This document shows positions 34,642 to 47,603 of a stretch of DNA of 64,000 bases, in pieces. The translations under genes and the position numbers were made by a program. Location of the stretch: assembly GCA_044892505.1 (NCBI GenBank), contig CM097883.1:437100001-437164000 (forward strand). Reading direction: 5' to 3'. Below the pieces are notes generated by a model. It saw only the letters and a list, made by a program, of their open reading frames with translations, ran no database searches and was not told where the DNA came from. The stretch's first letter is position 1. The number at the start of each line of letters is the position of its first letter. The stretch is from Schmidtea nova. Its lineage: Eukaryota.

Positions 34642-34918
34642 ATTGTCAAAGACGGGTGATAGTGTGTTAGACTTGTCTAGCACTGAAAGTTCTGTGAAAA
34701 TTCGAGAAAGATCCGGAAGAAAAACGGTACCTCAAAATGGTTCTATAATTGTAATGTTAATGTAATTGGGATTAAACTTAATATTGATGGTAATTTAGTG
34801 CAAAGATTCATTAGACTATACATTAACGGATTCACAAATACATATTGCAGATAGTATCAATGAGAAAGAAAAAATTGCTCAGAATTTGATTAGTCCGTGT
34901 AATTTTTTAGCAAATATG
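34642..34918 (+). CDS. Two exons (34642-34750 and 34799-34918) of the + strand gene, separated by a 48-nt intron
   Basis: Open frame LSKTGDSVLDLSSTESSVKIRERSGRKTVPQNGSII|CKDSLDY...NFLANM|GTGAG; the phase 2 start fits 28908 or 32563. Confidence 0.65.
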
Positions 34919-35121
34919 GTGAGATACAAATAATATTTTTCATTNNNNNNNNNNNNNNNNNNNNNNNNNNNNNNNNNNNNNNNNNNNNNNNNNNNNNNNN
35001 NNNNNNNNNNNNNNNNNNNNNNNNNNNNNNNNNNNNNNNNNNNNNNNNNNNNNNNNNNNNNNNNNNNNNNNNNNNNNNNNNNNNNNNNNNNNNNNNNNNN
35101 NNNNNNNNNNNNNNNNNNNNN

Positions 35122-36449
35122 TCAGTAAATTCAACATAAACGCAATATATTTCGATTGTATAACAATCTTCCTCAGGCAACAATCAGGATAATCAATAAT
35201 AAAATAGAAAATATGCTAAATATTAACAAATTAATCAATAATAATCATCTCCATACTATATCAAAATTTTAATTTAAAAATTTAAAAATTTAATTTATTT
35301 TATTTTATCTCAAAAAAAATTTTTTTAAATTTAATTAAAAAACAAACATTTTACATAGAACAACATACGTATTATTTTAAAAAATAAAATTTAATAAAAT
35401 TATAACATTCAACATAAAATTTACAAATTTAAAATAAATTAAAATTTTTACAAAAAACAAAAAAAATTATACCACAAACACAATTTGCAACATTCAACCT
35501 TCGGTTACTTAAACACATTCAAAATATCCGTGGAACAGGCAACTTGATCATTTATTTTTGGATTAAAATATCTAATCAACAATGCCTTACAAGTTACTCG
35601 TTCCAAATAATTACTTAAACCCTTTGAAATAATTTTAAAATCAGAGATACCTATTTTTTACTGACACATTTCCTAAAATGATCACTAATATTAGTCAAAC
35701 CTTTTGGTCGGCAATGCTCAAGAACTCGGGTGCAGAGATCTCCCATGTATGTGGCATTACACCCATTACATGAAAATTGATACACGAGCTCAGAACACAA
35801 ACCAATTGGCGTTTGACATTTACTAATGAACATACTACTAACTTTGCATGACGTGAAAACAATCCTAAATTGATCCTTGTCTACATGTTTGAGAACACAT
35901 ACATTGGAGAGACTGCCCGTCATCTCTGCACCCGAGTTCTTGAGCATTGCCGACCAAAAGGTTTGACTAATATTAGTGATCATTTTAAGAAATGTGTCAG
36001 TAAAAAATGGGTATCTCTGATTTTAAAATTATTTCAAAGGGTTTAAGTAATTATTGGGAACGAGTAACTTGTGAGGTATTGTTGATTAGATATTTAAATC
36101 CAAAAATAAATGATCAAGTTGCCTGTTCCACGGATATTTTGAATGTGTTTAAGTAACCGAAGGTTGAATGTTGCAAATTGTGTTTGTGGTATAATTTTTT
36201 TTGTTTTTTGTAAAAATTTTATTAAATTAAATTTTATTTTTTAAAATAATACGTATGTTGCTCTATGTAAAATGTTTGTTTTTTAATTAAATTTTTAAAT
36301 TAAAATTTTGATATAGTATGGAGATGATTATTATTGATTAATTTTTTTAAATTTAGCATATTTTATATTTTATTATTGATTATCCTGATTGTTACCTGAG
36401 GAAGATTGTTATACAATCGAAATATATCGCGTTTATGTTGAATTTACTG
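35122..36449. mobile_element. PLE palindrome: inverted GIY-YIG plus pLTR arms (35122-35739 and 35922-36449), hammerhead in each arm (35141-35180 on -, 36391-36431 on +)
   Basis: LVYQFSCNGCNATYMG / YIGETARHLCTRVLEH; SDFKIISKGLSNYWERVTCEVLLIRYLNPKINDQ..ILNVFK*; HHR CTGAGGA A GATTG ttata CAATC GAAA TATAT(C/T) GCG. Confidence 0.9.
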
Positions 36450-36850
36450 AGTTGGCGTTTTTCTATTATTAAATCATTGTNNNNNNNNNNNNNNNNNNNN
36501 NNNNNNNNNNNNNNNNNNNNNNNNNNNNNNNNNNNNNNNNNNNNNNNNNNNNNNNNNNNNNNNNNNNNNNNNNNNNNNNNNNNNNNNNNNNNNNNNNNNN
36601 NNNNNNNNNACGGTATATTGGTTCCTCAAAAATACCCTGTAAATCGAAATCTTGAAAAACCGTATAATTAGTAATTAAATATATATTTTATTGAAAAGAA
36701 TAAATATTATAATTTTTTTAACAATGTTAAACTGAAAACTAGCGTAATATAAATGGAATTTTTCCGCATTTCGTCAATCGTGTTATACCGAAACAGTGCA
36801 AATCGAGTACCGTGTAAATCGAGGGCTAAGTTTAATAATAATAATAGTAT

Positions 36851-37001
36851 AGTTATGGAATTTTCCCAATCATTTTTCATTTTATCAAAAATAGTAACTT
36901 CCAATTTAAAATTTTATTCCATCACACAAAACAATTTTTTAAATAAATTATTTCAAAAAATCTAAATAGTAACATTTAGATTTTTAAATCTTAACATAAC
37001 T
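36851..37001 (-). repeat. 3' LTR (151 bp)
   Basis: Direct repeat of 41016-41165, roughly 85-90% identical by eye; preceded on the - strand by a purine tract. Confidence 0.85.
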
Positions 37002-40000
37002 CTCTCTTCTTTAACTTCCAGTGTGTGCATAGTAAATTTTCCATGGTCTGAAAAGAGGTCATTCTTACCCCATATATATTTTCATATATTTTGTAAGAAA
37101 TTATAATATTTATTTTCGATATCCTTTTTAGTAATACGTGTGTAATACTATAGTTGAGGCAATTATAGTTGAGTTTTCTCTAACTGTATTGATAATATCT
37201 TGGATTGGAATTACTGGTGATTACATATTTGAATGGAGATTTATTTTCCTCCCATAAATAATTTCAAACGAGGAATAACCCGGGGTATTCTGTTGTGTTG
37301 AATTGATACAGAATTCAATCTTCGGTAAAGTTTCTAACCAAATCATCTCTTCACTACCTCCAGCCAAATATGTGGTTGTTAGATTTCTCATTGTCCTAAT
37401 TGTTCGCTCGGCAAGACCATTTGATTGATGTTGGTAAGGAGAATTAAACTCTTGAAGAATTTCAAATATTTCTAAGTTTTCCTACCAGAATGTGCTTTCA
37501 AAGTGCCTTCCTCTATTTGTTAATATACTTTTAGATTTTCCGAATTTGTATATCCTCTGGTTCAGCAAGATTTTGTAAATTGATTTTTCATCCTGTTTCG
37601 AGGTGGCCATTAGTCTTACTAGTTTGATATCTCGATCGTACTTCTTTGTTGCCAGTGGTTTCATATAAGCAATGTCGATAGCTATTTGATCCAAAAACTC
37701 TGTACTTGTTTGCGGTATTAGAATCTCTTTAGTCTGCACTTAGTTTATTTTCCACTTAGCGTATTCCGCACATTTCTGTAGGCATTCTCTGATGGTAGCG
37801 TGCATGTTTGGCCTATGAAAAATATTTTTTCAAGTAATTTACTAATTTTTTTGGAACTAGTTCTAAATTCAGGCTTTCTTTTTTATCATTAAAAAGTTGT
37901 CATCCACGTTCAAGTCATTCCTTTTTTTGTAAAGAAAATCTTTTTCTGAAACTGAATTCTTTTCTTGCGATTTTGTTACTTGTTTTATTGTTTCTGTGTT
38001 CTGCATTATGCAGATGTGTCTAACTCTGGATTTACTTTCCTTAGCATTTTCGTGTCTCGTTTGATATTGTGCACATACCATTCCCTTTATCCTGTATAGT
38101 CCATTGGCATTTGAATGATTTTCTCCTTTACGATATCTTAATTCAAAGTTATATTCTGATAAATTTGCCATCCAGCTTTGAAATTGTGGACTAATTTCTT
38201 GTTTTGTTGTATTCATAAATATTAACGCCTTGTGACCTGTTCTCACTAAAAATATTTTCCCATCAGATATTGTTTGAAATAGCTCACATATTAGTTTATA
38301 GCAAGTAGCTCTTGTCTTGTGACACAGTATCCTTTTTCATGAGCTGATAAGTGTACAGGCAGTCATATGCTATGACTGTCTGGGTTCCATTCTCTTTCAA
38401 CTGGACTAAAATTTCTCCAATAGTTTTCTTTGAATAGTCTAATATCTAAGCTTCACACAATTTGTCCTTGAGGGTCTGAAAAGCAATATCGCATTCCATG
38501 AAATTTTCTTCTCACATCCAGTTATTGCCTGATAAAGCGGAATTGCAATTTTTGCGTAATCTTTAATAAATCTACTATAATAATTTGTCATTCCTAAGAA
38601 TGATCGTAACTGCTTTGCACATTGTGGTATATTTGCATTTTTGATTTCTTCAATTTTTTATCATTTGTCTGGATTCCGTTTGCGCTTACCGCGTGTCCAA
38701 GAAAAATTAACTTTTTTATATAATCCACATTTCTCCGGGTTGATCCTTAAACCTGCATCTTGAATAGTGCTCAGAACTGTTAATAACATTTTATCGTGTT
38801 CTTTTTTAGTTTTCCAAAATTAAAATATCGTTTAAGTACGCAATAACTCCTTTAAAATTAATACCATCTAGTAATGTATGCATTAGCGTTTGAAATGTTA
38901 CTGGGCCGTTGCTAATCCAAATGGTAATCTGTTGAAACAAAATTGCCCTTCTTTAGTACTAAAAGAGGTTTATTCTTGAATTTATAGAGCTACACTGACT
39001 TGATAGTATGCTTGTCCTAAGTCGATCGACGAGAAATATTTTGAATCGGCTAAATAGTCTAACAAATATCGCGTATCAGGCATCGGGAAGGACTCTTTTT
39101 CCGTAATTGAATTTAGGCCTCTGGAATCCACTTACATGTTTCCGATGTTTCCGACTTTCTTTGCTACAATTACTAGTGGTGCATTCCATGGGCTTTTACA
39201 TTTACGAATGACTTTTGCTTTAATTAATTCTTTGATGTCGTCTATTTTCTTCTTTACGTGCATAGGTTGTCTTCTAAGAGCATTCATGATTGGTCCTCCG
39301 TTAATTTTCATTTCATGAAGCACCATGCTTGTAAATCCAAGATCAATTTTTGATGCCATAAAAATCTTTCAAAATTTCGATATCAGATTCGTAGTTTCTG
39401 GATTCTCTTACTTGTTTAATAACGTCATAACTCTTTCTGCTCGTTTCAAATCTGAGTAATTTTGATTGACTAAGTCAGCTTCAATGTTGTTTATCTCCAG
39501 ATTTTCACTACAAATAATTCCATTGTATCCACTCTTCCAATGAACTCGGGTTTAATTTTTTTCAACTAGAATAATTTGAACCTCACATACCTTTCCATTC
39601 CATGGTGCGCTCATTTCTGTCCTGCCTTGAGGCCTTTCGTTACCAGATGAAAATGCTCCACGGAGAGCAATTCCGCTATCCCCAACATATGGTTCACCAA
39701 TTTTCTCTCAAATACGTCTACTCATTACAGTCATCGATGCCCAGAATCCCACAACATTTCAACTTTTTCACCATTTATCTTTATAATACTCTATCTTCTT
39801 TTATCTGTCGTCTCATACATCACCTCCTTCGCTTCATTTCGTCTTTCAGTCACGTTTAATTGCCCGACCACACTAAAGAAATGAAACCAATGGGATCCTT
39901 TTAAGTTTTTCATGATTTCTTCCTCGAGCAGTTTTGTCTTCATTACTTGCATAAGATATACCATCATCAGTGTTTTCTAATTTTTCATCAAAATTGTCTT

Positions 40001-41015
40001 CTTCAAAAATACATGCAATTGATCTTGTTGCAGGTTGTCTATAACTATCCAATAGACGACATTTACTGAAGGTATGAATTTCCTTACCACGAATTAAACA
40101 TCTAATTTTCATTGGTATCGTTTATGATCATTTTCTACACAACAAAAACATTGACCTGGATTTAAAATCTCAGGCTGTCGATGTTTTAATCCATGACTTT
40201 CATCATACAGTTTCCTTGCAATACTTTTCAATGACACTGGGGACATTTTCCGTACTGCATCTTGTCGATAACTTTTATTAAGAACGTCAACAAGCTCATT
40301 TTCATTAATATATCGAGAACGTTTATCAAATTTATTCTGCTGGTATCTGGGTCGAGTATTAAAAGAATCATCTTGTTTGATTTTATTAGTTCCTCTTCTC
40401 AATACATTGGAATAACTATTTACTTGAATTTCGATAACATTTTGACTATACAATGTCGATATAGCGATATTTTCGAATACTTTTGCTGTAGATCAAATTT
40501 CGTCCGTTTTCATTCCTGGTCTTGTCAGGAGAATTTCTTTAACTCTATCTTCACGCACTTTATGATATATGAAATCACGAACAATATCTTCTTCAGGCAT
40601 TCCAGAATTAAATACTGCTTTGACAAGATTACGCACTCTTATCTCAAAAGTTGCAACTATATAGTTGAGTTCTTGTCGAACTGAACCAAAATATATTATT
40701 TGTTTTGTTAAGGTCTTCTTAATAGTAAAGACGTCAATAAACCAGTTTTTTGCTTTTATCGCCTGTTGTACAACTGTCTTCAACAGATTTCCATAAAATG
40801 GAAGCTTCGTCCTTCAATAAAATATCGAAAGCACTTCTTAGGCTATGGTTTTCTACTTGCAGCTATTTAACAATGTCTTGCAGCCACTTTTCTGCTTTTT
40901 TAGTACTTCTTCCATCATACTTACACACATTAAAGTCAAGCATGCTACGAGTTTGTTTCGACAGTGATTCTAAAAAACATTTAGTTACTACATCAATATT
41001 TCCGGCGTGGTCGCC

Positions 41016-41165
41016 AATTATGGAGTTTCCGAAATCATTATTCATTATATAAAAATAGTAACTTCCAATTTAAAATTTTATTCTACCATACAAAGCAATT
41101 ATTTAAACAATTTATTTCAAAAAATCTAAATAATAACATTTAGATTTCTAAATCTTAACATAACT
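41016..41165 (-). repeat. 5' LTR (150 bp), AGTTA...TAATT, followed by a PBS overlapping the last T
   Basis: - strand ...ccataat|TGGCGACCACGCC. Confidence 0.85.
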
Positions 41166-42951
41166 AGTATAAAATGGTAATTCCTTGGTATTAATTTCAT
41201 CAACGTCAGTAATGCTGAATTTAATAACGGTATATATACTGATTCATTTGCCTCACTGGAGTATGGCAGATAAAGTTGATATAAAATCTCTATACAAATT
41301 AAGAAATGTAATCCTAATGTGCTTATTTCTTTGCATGATTTTTCAAAGGAGTCTGTTGTGTAATTGCAAATTTTCAAGCAATTATGATTTCATTTAAAAT
41401 TAGTATTTTTCATGTCCTAATAAGCTCGAAATTGAGAGTTCATCATGATTGACGAGACTTATTGTTCTAAAACTTTAAATTGTCAAATTGACTGTTATGC
41501 TCATTTATGTTATTGACATTGCAATGTTTTCTTCGACGCACTTATGGAAATGATGAACAGATTGCACAAAAACTATTTTCTTTCTAAATTATTATTTCGA
41601 ACTGCACTTATAATTTGTTCTTATGTTGATTACTATTGGTCATTCAAGATAGTTTGCATTATTTTAATCTACACACTTTCCTTCTGAGATTTTTCGTGGA
41701 GCACTAAGTAACTCAAAATCAGCACACTTTTTCCCATTTTTAATAAACACATCTTGCATTCATTATGGGTAAAGCTTTCACAATTGATACAGTCATTTAA
41801 GTGACCATTATCGTCTGTTATATTTTATAACAAATTCACATGTATTTTGTGATGGGTTAAAACATATGTAAAAAGTTCTTAATTTTCTTTTGTTTATTTA
41901 AAAGTTGAATATTATAAGCCATTAATTATTTTCAAATTCTCAGGGAATTGTTACTAGAGGTGAAGCAAAAAAAGCCTCAAAGAGAACCTTTATGTATCTA
42001 AGTCTAAATTCAATAAGTTCTTTATTGTGCTCCTGAATAATGACTTCTTTTGTTAAGACATAATTCTCTTGAATTTTAAATATGCGAAAAGCCAGGTATC
42101 TTTCGTACATTTCTCTCATACGTCAACTAGCAAAAATATATGAAATTTGCTCACCCATATCATAAGATAAAGAAAATATTACTGTATCTGGCAATTCAAA
42201 GCTCCGTTCCGGTTTTAGATAAAGCTATGACGAACTACCAACTTAAACGGTGCAGGTAGGTGCCTATCGTATATACATTACATATCTCTTCTGGGCTTAT
42301 AGTTGTTCGCAGTGGATAAAATCTAATTGAACCCAAAAGTCCGCAATTTGTGAAACGCTGATCTAAAGATATATTTCCAATTTTATTACGGTTATGGGAT
42401 ATCAATAATTGGTAGAGGGATCACCACAAATGGGACAAGAGGAGCAGAAGGGTAAAAATGTACTTTTATATGAGGTGTTTAAATAGATGCTCCCTGACGG
42501 TGTCGAGACTACAAATGACATCCGAAATCATTTATAGGTCACGTGCGGACAAGAGCAGGCTTGATTGAGTTCTTTGTGATTAACTCGGATATTTAGAAAT
42601 GTGTAAATTATTTATTTTTTTGATTTCCAATTTAATTAGTTGTATAATTTATTCAATAAAACAAGAATAATTCTAGATCACTCACGAGGATGATAATCAT
42701 TCAGTCGACAACACATCTGATAATAAATCAATCAAACAATCAAACAAAACAAGTTTTGAAGGTAAAAACATGTCGTTATGGTCACCAGAACATCGGTCGA
42801 AATGTAATTAAACCACAAGATGTAATCTCTGATGACCTTCTATCTCTCTCTATTTTAATGTAGATAAATATATTTATATAAAACTATTAAATCATTAAAA
42901 GATTAAATTATGTTCTCTATTTAAATATATTTTTCTGTCTGCATTTATTAG

Positions 42952-43432
42952 TCAGTGAATTATGAAGAGTTTTTTTGGGGAAATTAACAGTTTCTTCAAA
43001 ATAGCGTTATAAGTCAAATTTGCTGCAATGAACACCTGATCACCAACTTTCAGGTCCATGTATGATACTCCTACTTTCGGTGGCAATAGCACTTCAAATT
43101 TTGATTCCACCTTTCTTATCTCTGAATCAAGTTTTTTGATGATATTTATTGAAACAACTGTCATTAAAATACCATCGTTGAATGCCTTAAAAATTGAATA
43201 TTGTAAATATACAGGATAAACTATCAATAACTTGAAAATTAATAACTTTTCCAGTAAATGAAAACGAAACAAATGTACGGTAAGTATTGAACTGTTTAAA
43301 AATTTTATTTGGATAATCAAATGAATTAATTTCATCTTCTGATATTAATGATTCAAAATTTGATTGACTTAGAAAACGACAAGCTTGATTCACCAAACCA
43401 TTGACGATTTTTAATTTATTCATGCAATTATA
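42952..43432 (-). CDS. Last two exons (43232-43432 and 42952-43185) of the uncharacterised - strand gene
   Basis: 46-nt GT-AG intron; open frame YNCMNKLKIV...GKVINFQ|AFNDGILMTVV...KKLFIIH*. Confidence 0.75.
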
Positions 43433-43767
43433 CTGTAAAATAATAAATAATTCCAATGAATAAAAATTAATTGAATCTTAAATAATATAATAGTTTTAAA
43501 AACAACATCAAAATGAATATTTAAACAAAATTATTTAAACATCCTATTATACATTACAAATTAAATATTCTGATAAACTATTAGGACGTCGAGATTTTAT
43601 CATTTTCAATAATATAACTTTCAAAGAAAAATTTTCTGTTTTATTTATAATTAGGAATCTTAGAAACAAATTTTATAAATAGCTAAAATAATTACAACGA
43701 AAAGTTTTTATACTTTAGACATGTTAATAATCGTTTGACTATAGATCAAAATTTTTTGGGTTGTTAG

Positions 43768-43805
43768 GTACACGATATTTCGTCATAACCTTTATCAAGT
43801 GTATA
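43768..43805 (-). ncRNA. Best-preserved U3-A8 variant minimal hammerhead
   Basis: Reverse complement: tatacac TTGATAA A GGT tat GAC GAAA TATC gtgtacc; 5-bp stem I, ATAT palindromic stem III, AUC site; one stem II mismatch. Confidence 0.6.
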
Positions 43806-44104
43806 TTTCAAAGGATTTATTAACTTCAAAATTTTTAGAGAAGTTTTGGTAACAAGTAGTATTTTCATAAGAAAGAGGAGTACAAAGAAAATTGGTCCAT
43901 TCATTTAGTTTTTTGTAGCAAGCCAAATTTATGAGTTAGAGAATTTTTTTTCTTGTTTTCCTTTAAGATTTGATGATTTCTAAGATGGATAAGTTGACGC
44001 CAGTTTGTTAATAGCATAAAGACAATACGTACTGATTATTATTATTATTTTTATTATTATTATTATTATTATATCTATATTAAATTAAATATTTTAACAT
44101 AAAA

Positions 44105-44800
44105 AGGTGAATTGGTAACCGTCAATATGACCTCGACGTTGCTGTGGCTCCTATCAACAGCTACAGCATAAAACATTAGTTTAACCATCTTGTTGTCCGT
44201 CACAATGTAACGTTGGTAATGCAACAAATGGGTGGATGTTCGAAAACAGTGAGCGCCGAAAAAATTCGAAATTATGATTGACTAAACATCACAATGAGTT
44301 AAAGTGCTCTCGATAGAATGATTAATGCTCATTTGAGTCCCTTAATGTAAAATATTACGCTAGTTGCTTTTAAATGTATTGAAAAATCGCTATCAGAATC
44401 CTGTGATCAGTTTAACTTAATTCATATAATAATTATAATAACGTTTATTATAACTGACAATAAATAAGCTATATTTGTACACAAAGAAATTGGTGAGTTG
44501 TTGACCGTCAATATGACCTTGACGTTGTTATGGCTCACGTCAACATACAAAACATTAGTTTAACCATCTTATTGCCCGTCAAAGTTTAACGTTCGTAATG
44601 CAACAAATGGGTGGATGTCCGCAAACAGTGAGCGTCGAAAAGTTCAAAACTATGATTGACCGAACATCGCAATGATTATAAGAGCTACCTATAGAAGGTT
44701 TGATGCCCATTTGAGTTCATTATTCAACGATTTATCCACAAACATTCAATAAAATTTTAATCGACTATTCAACAAAGTAATCTACATAAATACAAATTTA
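44105..44800. repeat. Unidentified repeat of about 240 bp, two tandem diverged copies (about 44105-44345 and 44490-44730); third partial copy at about 57933-58070
   Basis: Shared ccgtcaatatgacc..gacgttg, aaacattagtttaaccatctt, gcaacaaatgggtggatgt, atagaa..tt.atgc.catt. Confidence 0.8.
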
Positions 44801-46339
44801 TTAACTACATCATTCAAGAATAATGTCTAAGTAAATGTATCCCAATGTATCCCAGGCAAGACAAAATCAATTCAATCATTTCGAAGAGTTTCAGCAAGCG
44901 TTCTTGCTTTTTATTTTCTACTTTTAAATTCAAACGATATCGATTCAGGTGATCAGCAACGCTTTCAATTAGATTTTCCCCTCAACTTTTCCCGATCAAA
45001 ATCAAAATCGTAATAAAATCAATTATTCTAATCAACTGCTTTACATTATATTATACAAAGACACAAGAATGTTCGCACATTTATTTTATTCACAAGCTCA
45101 TATTTAAACATATCATCACAACTCAATTCTTGGGAACAAATATTCCTTTGAAAATACATATATTCGGGGATATTCAGTCGCTGTTATTTTAGTCTGAATG
45201 ACTATTATTTTCATGATTTTTCAAATTTCTGTATTTTTTATGTTAAAAATTCAATTTAACTTTATTTATCTCCTATATCTTTTGTCTATCTTGTCCTATA
45301 AATTATATTAAAATTTTTTCTGAAATTTTAACATTTGAAACTTTTCCCGAGGTCTTGACAATGGCAACGGTTACAGTTATTACCAAAAAAACTTGGGTTT
45401 GTAACACATTATTATTTCCATGTATCTAAATGCAAGGGTATAATATATTTTATTTTATATTACAGGATTAAATTTTCCCCGCTTCCTTTACCTCTTGAAA
45501 CGGGTAAATTTTAAATTTAGAGAGATCTAAATGAGCGAATTTCAAAATTAAATTATTACTATTGGTCAATTTATATTATCAGAATTCAAATCCCATAATA
45601 TAACTATCGATTTTTATGCCCAAATTGGGAAAATCTTTTTCCCCATTTCAATGTTGCTTTTATTTTTACCAATTTTAGCAAATCGTCAGGACCTCTGACT
45701 CTGCCGATTTCTATGGCGACGTTATTCCGATAGGTTATTTCTATATATTTATCGATTCTATGATTTTTTAATTTAGAAAGTTGGAAATTCGGGGAGTTAA
45801 CGAACAGGATTTTGTTATTTTTCATTACCTTCGATAGGTAACTATATTATTGTTTTTATGTTGATTTAGTTCCATCTTTCTTTTAGTGTTCAATTGTATC
45901 GGTCAGAGTTCTCCTCCAAGTAAATTCTGCGTGGTGAAAATGTTTTATCCTTTTGGAACTCTCATAAGCTCTTATTCAAATATTCCGTAATTTTAATACT
46001 AATGAGATTTATGTATTCGATTAACTGGTTTTCGGATTTGATTATGTCTCACATCTCAGTGTGGTAATTATTTTCTTGAGTTTTTGCTTAGTTGGAAATC
46101 TTTAACATTGCTTTTACACTTTTGTAAATAATTTTCATATCTTTTTTCAATGATATCAATAAATAAAATTTTGTGCGTTGCTTTTATTTTCTTTTTTATA
46201 ATGGTAGAATTATAAAATTTATTATTGAGTTTTATGTGAAACACTAAGTAGGAGGATTGATAAAAATTATTTTACGTGAATAATCACAAGATGTTCTTAA
46301 ATCGTCTCTTTTATACTAACTCAAATGTTAGAACCTATC

Positions 46340-47036
46340 TTATAAAATTAGATTCATATGGGTATCATGGATTAAGAGTCGAAATTTATAATCACTCGTT
46401 TATATTGGGGTCGGAGCTTATAAAAGAAATTCTGAAATAGATTAAAAGTAGATTTTGTATAGATTTCTTGGATTCAGTATGCTGTATATGAGATATTAAT
46501 GAATGAGGCGATGAGATTTAAATGTATGTATGGGTTATTGGATTGTCGTGTATAGTACTACATGTGGATGTTGATTGTTAACTGAACTGATTTAATTAAG
46601 TGTGTATATAGATGTCGTGAGATGGAAGCAATTTATGTTAATGGATGTCATGATTTGCCATGAACTTGGGATATGGGATGTTGTAGTTGCAAGTTGATGA
46701 ATTATATGTATTTTTATAAATGAAATGGTTAATTCTCAATGAGGTAATTTGAATGTAATGTTGTTGGATGGAATGAGTAGTTCAATGATGGATGTGAATG
46801 AGTGATTTTTTGTATGGATTTTCGGGTTGTGACATGCTGTATATGGGTGTTAATGACTGAAATGACATAATGTACATGAAACTATGGCAGAATAGGATTT
46901 TGTGTATATAAATAGTGTTAAGTTTTAGTGTTCGATGTTATTAACTCAACTTTGGTCACTATTATATAAATAAAATAATATAACGGTTTAAAAAACTTTA
47001 TTTTAAAAATATAACAGTGTACAATGAGACGTTACA
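46340..47036 (-). mobile_element. Possible LTR remnant
   Basis: The - strand starts TGTAAC and is C/A-rich with distinct composition; no partner LTR or TSD found. Confidence 0.25.
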
Positions 47037-47603
47037 ATTAACCACTAAAGTTCTCTCGAGTTTAAGAATTTGTATCAATTAAATATTAAATGTTCTGCTT
47101 GCAAATGCCTAAGCTGGGCTATGTTTTGTACGCTTTATTTTGATTTTTCTAGTTTATTTCAAACTTAGAAATTTAGGCGCAAACCCTTTTTTGGGTTATT
47201 TGACTGAAAAATCAGTCAGTTTTCATACTAAACTTTAAGGCACTTAATTTGCCAATAATGATTGATATTTTGCTTCTTGAGTTGATTGATTTGTTTTAAA
47301 AATAGAGTTATATTCAAAACAGAATTATTTTCTAACCTTGGAATTATTTCATTTTGCTGACCTTTGTAGGTCATAAATATAATTTATTTAAACAAACAGT
47401 AATTTATTTATTTTAATTTATTCAAAAAATTAGTGTTATTTATTTATTTATATTATTTATGTTATAATTTATTTTATTGAATTAAAATATAAATCATTTT
47501 TCAAATAGTTAAAAATTAATTTACATAAAATATTTTCACAACAAAATATTCTTTTAAAATTACATAAAGTTGTATCATTAATTGTGTCCACAACCATAAA
47601 AAA

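Larger units (their letters stand above)
36851..41165 (-). mobile_element. Ty3/Gypsy LTR retrotransposon, degenerate but structurally complete
   Basis: LTRs 36851-37001 and 41016-41165; 5-bp TSD AGTAT; PBS TGGCGACCACGCC; PPT aaagaagagagag; gag, protease, RT (CKSPWNAPLVIVAKK), RNase H (PQFQSWMANLSEYNFELRYRKGENHSNA) and integrase (IAIDIAY) remnants in Gypsy order. Confidence 0.9.

Noticed and set aside
42400-42450. CPICGD motif suggesting a nuclear-receptor zinc finger
   Set aside because: Followed by a stop and lacking the remaining Cys pattern.
42790-42842. Permuted hammerhead-like GGTCGAAA...CTGATGACC
   Set aside because: Lacks the U of the NUH site, and stem II pairs only if the core GA is borrowed.
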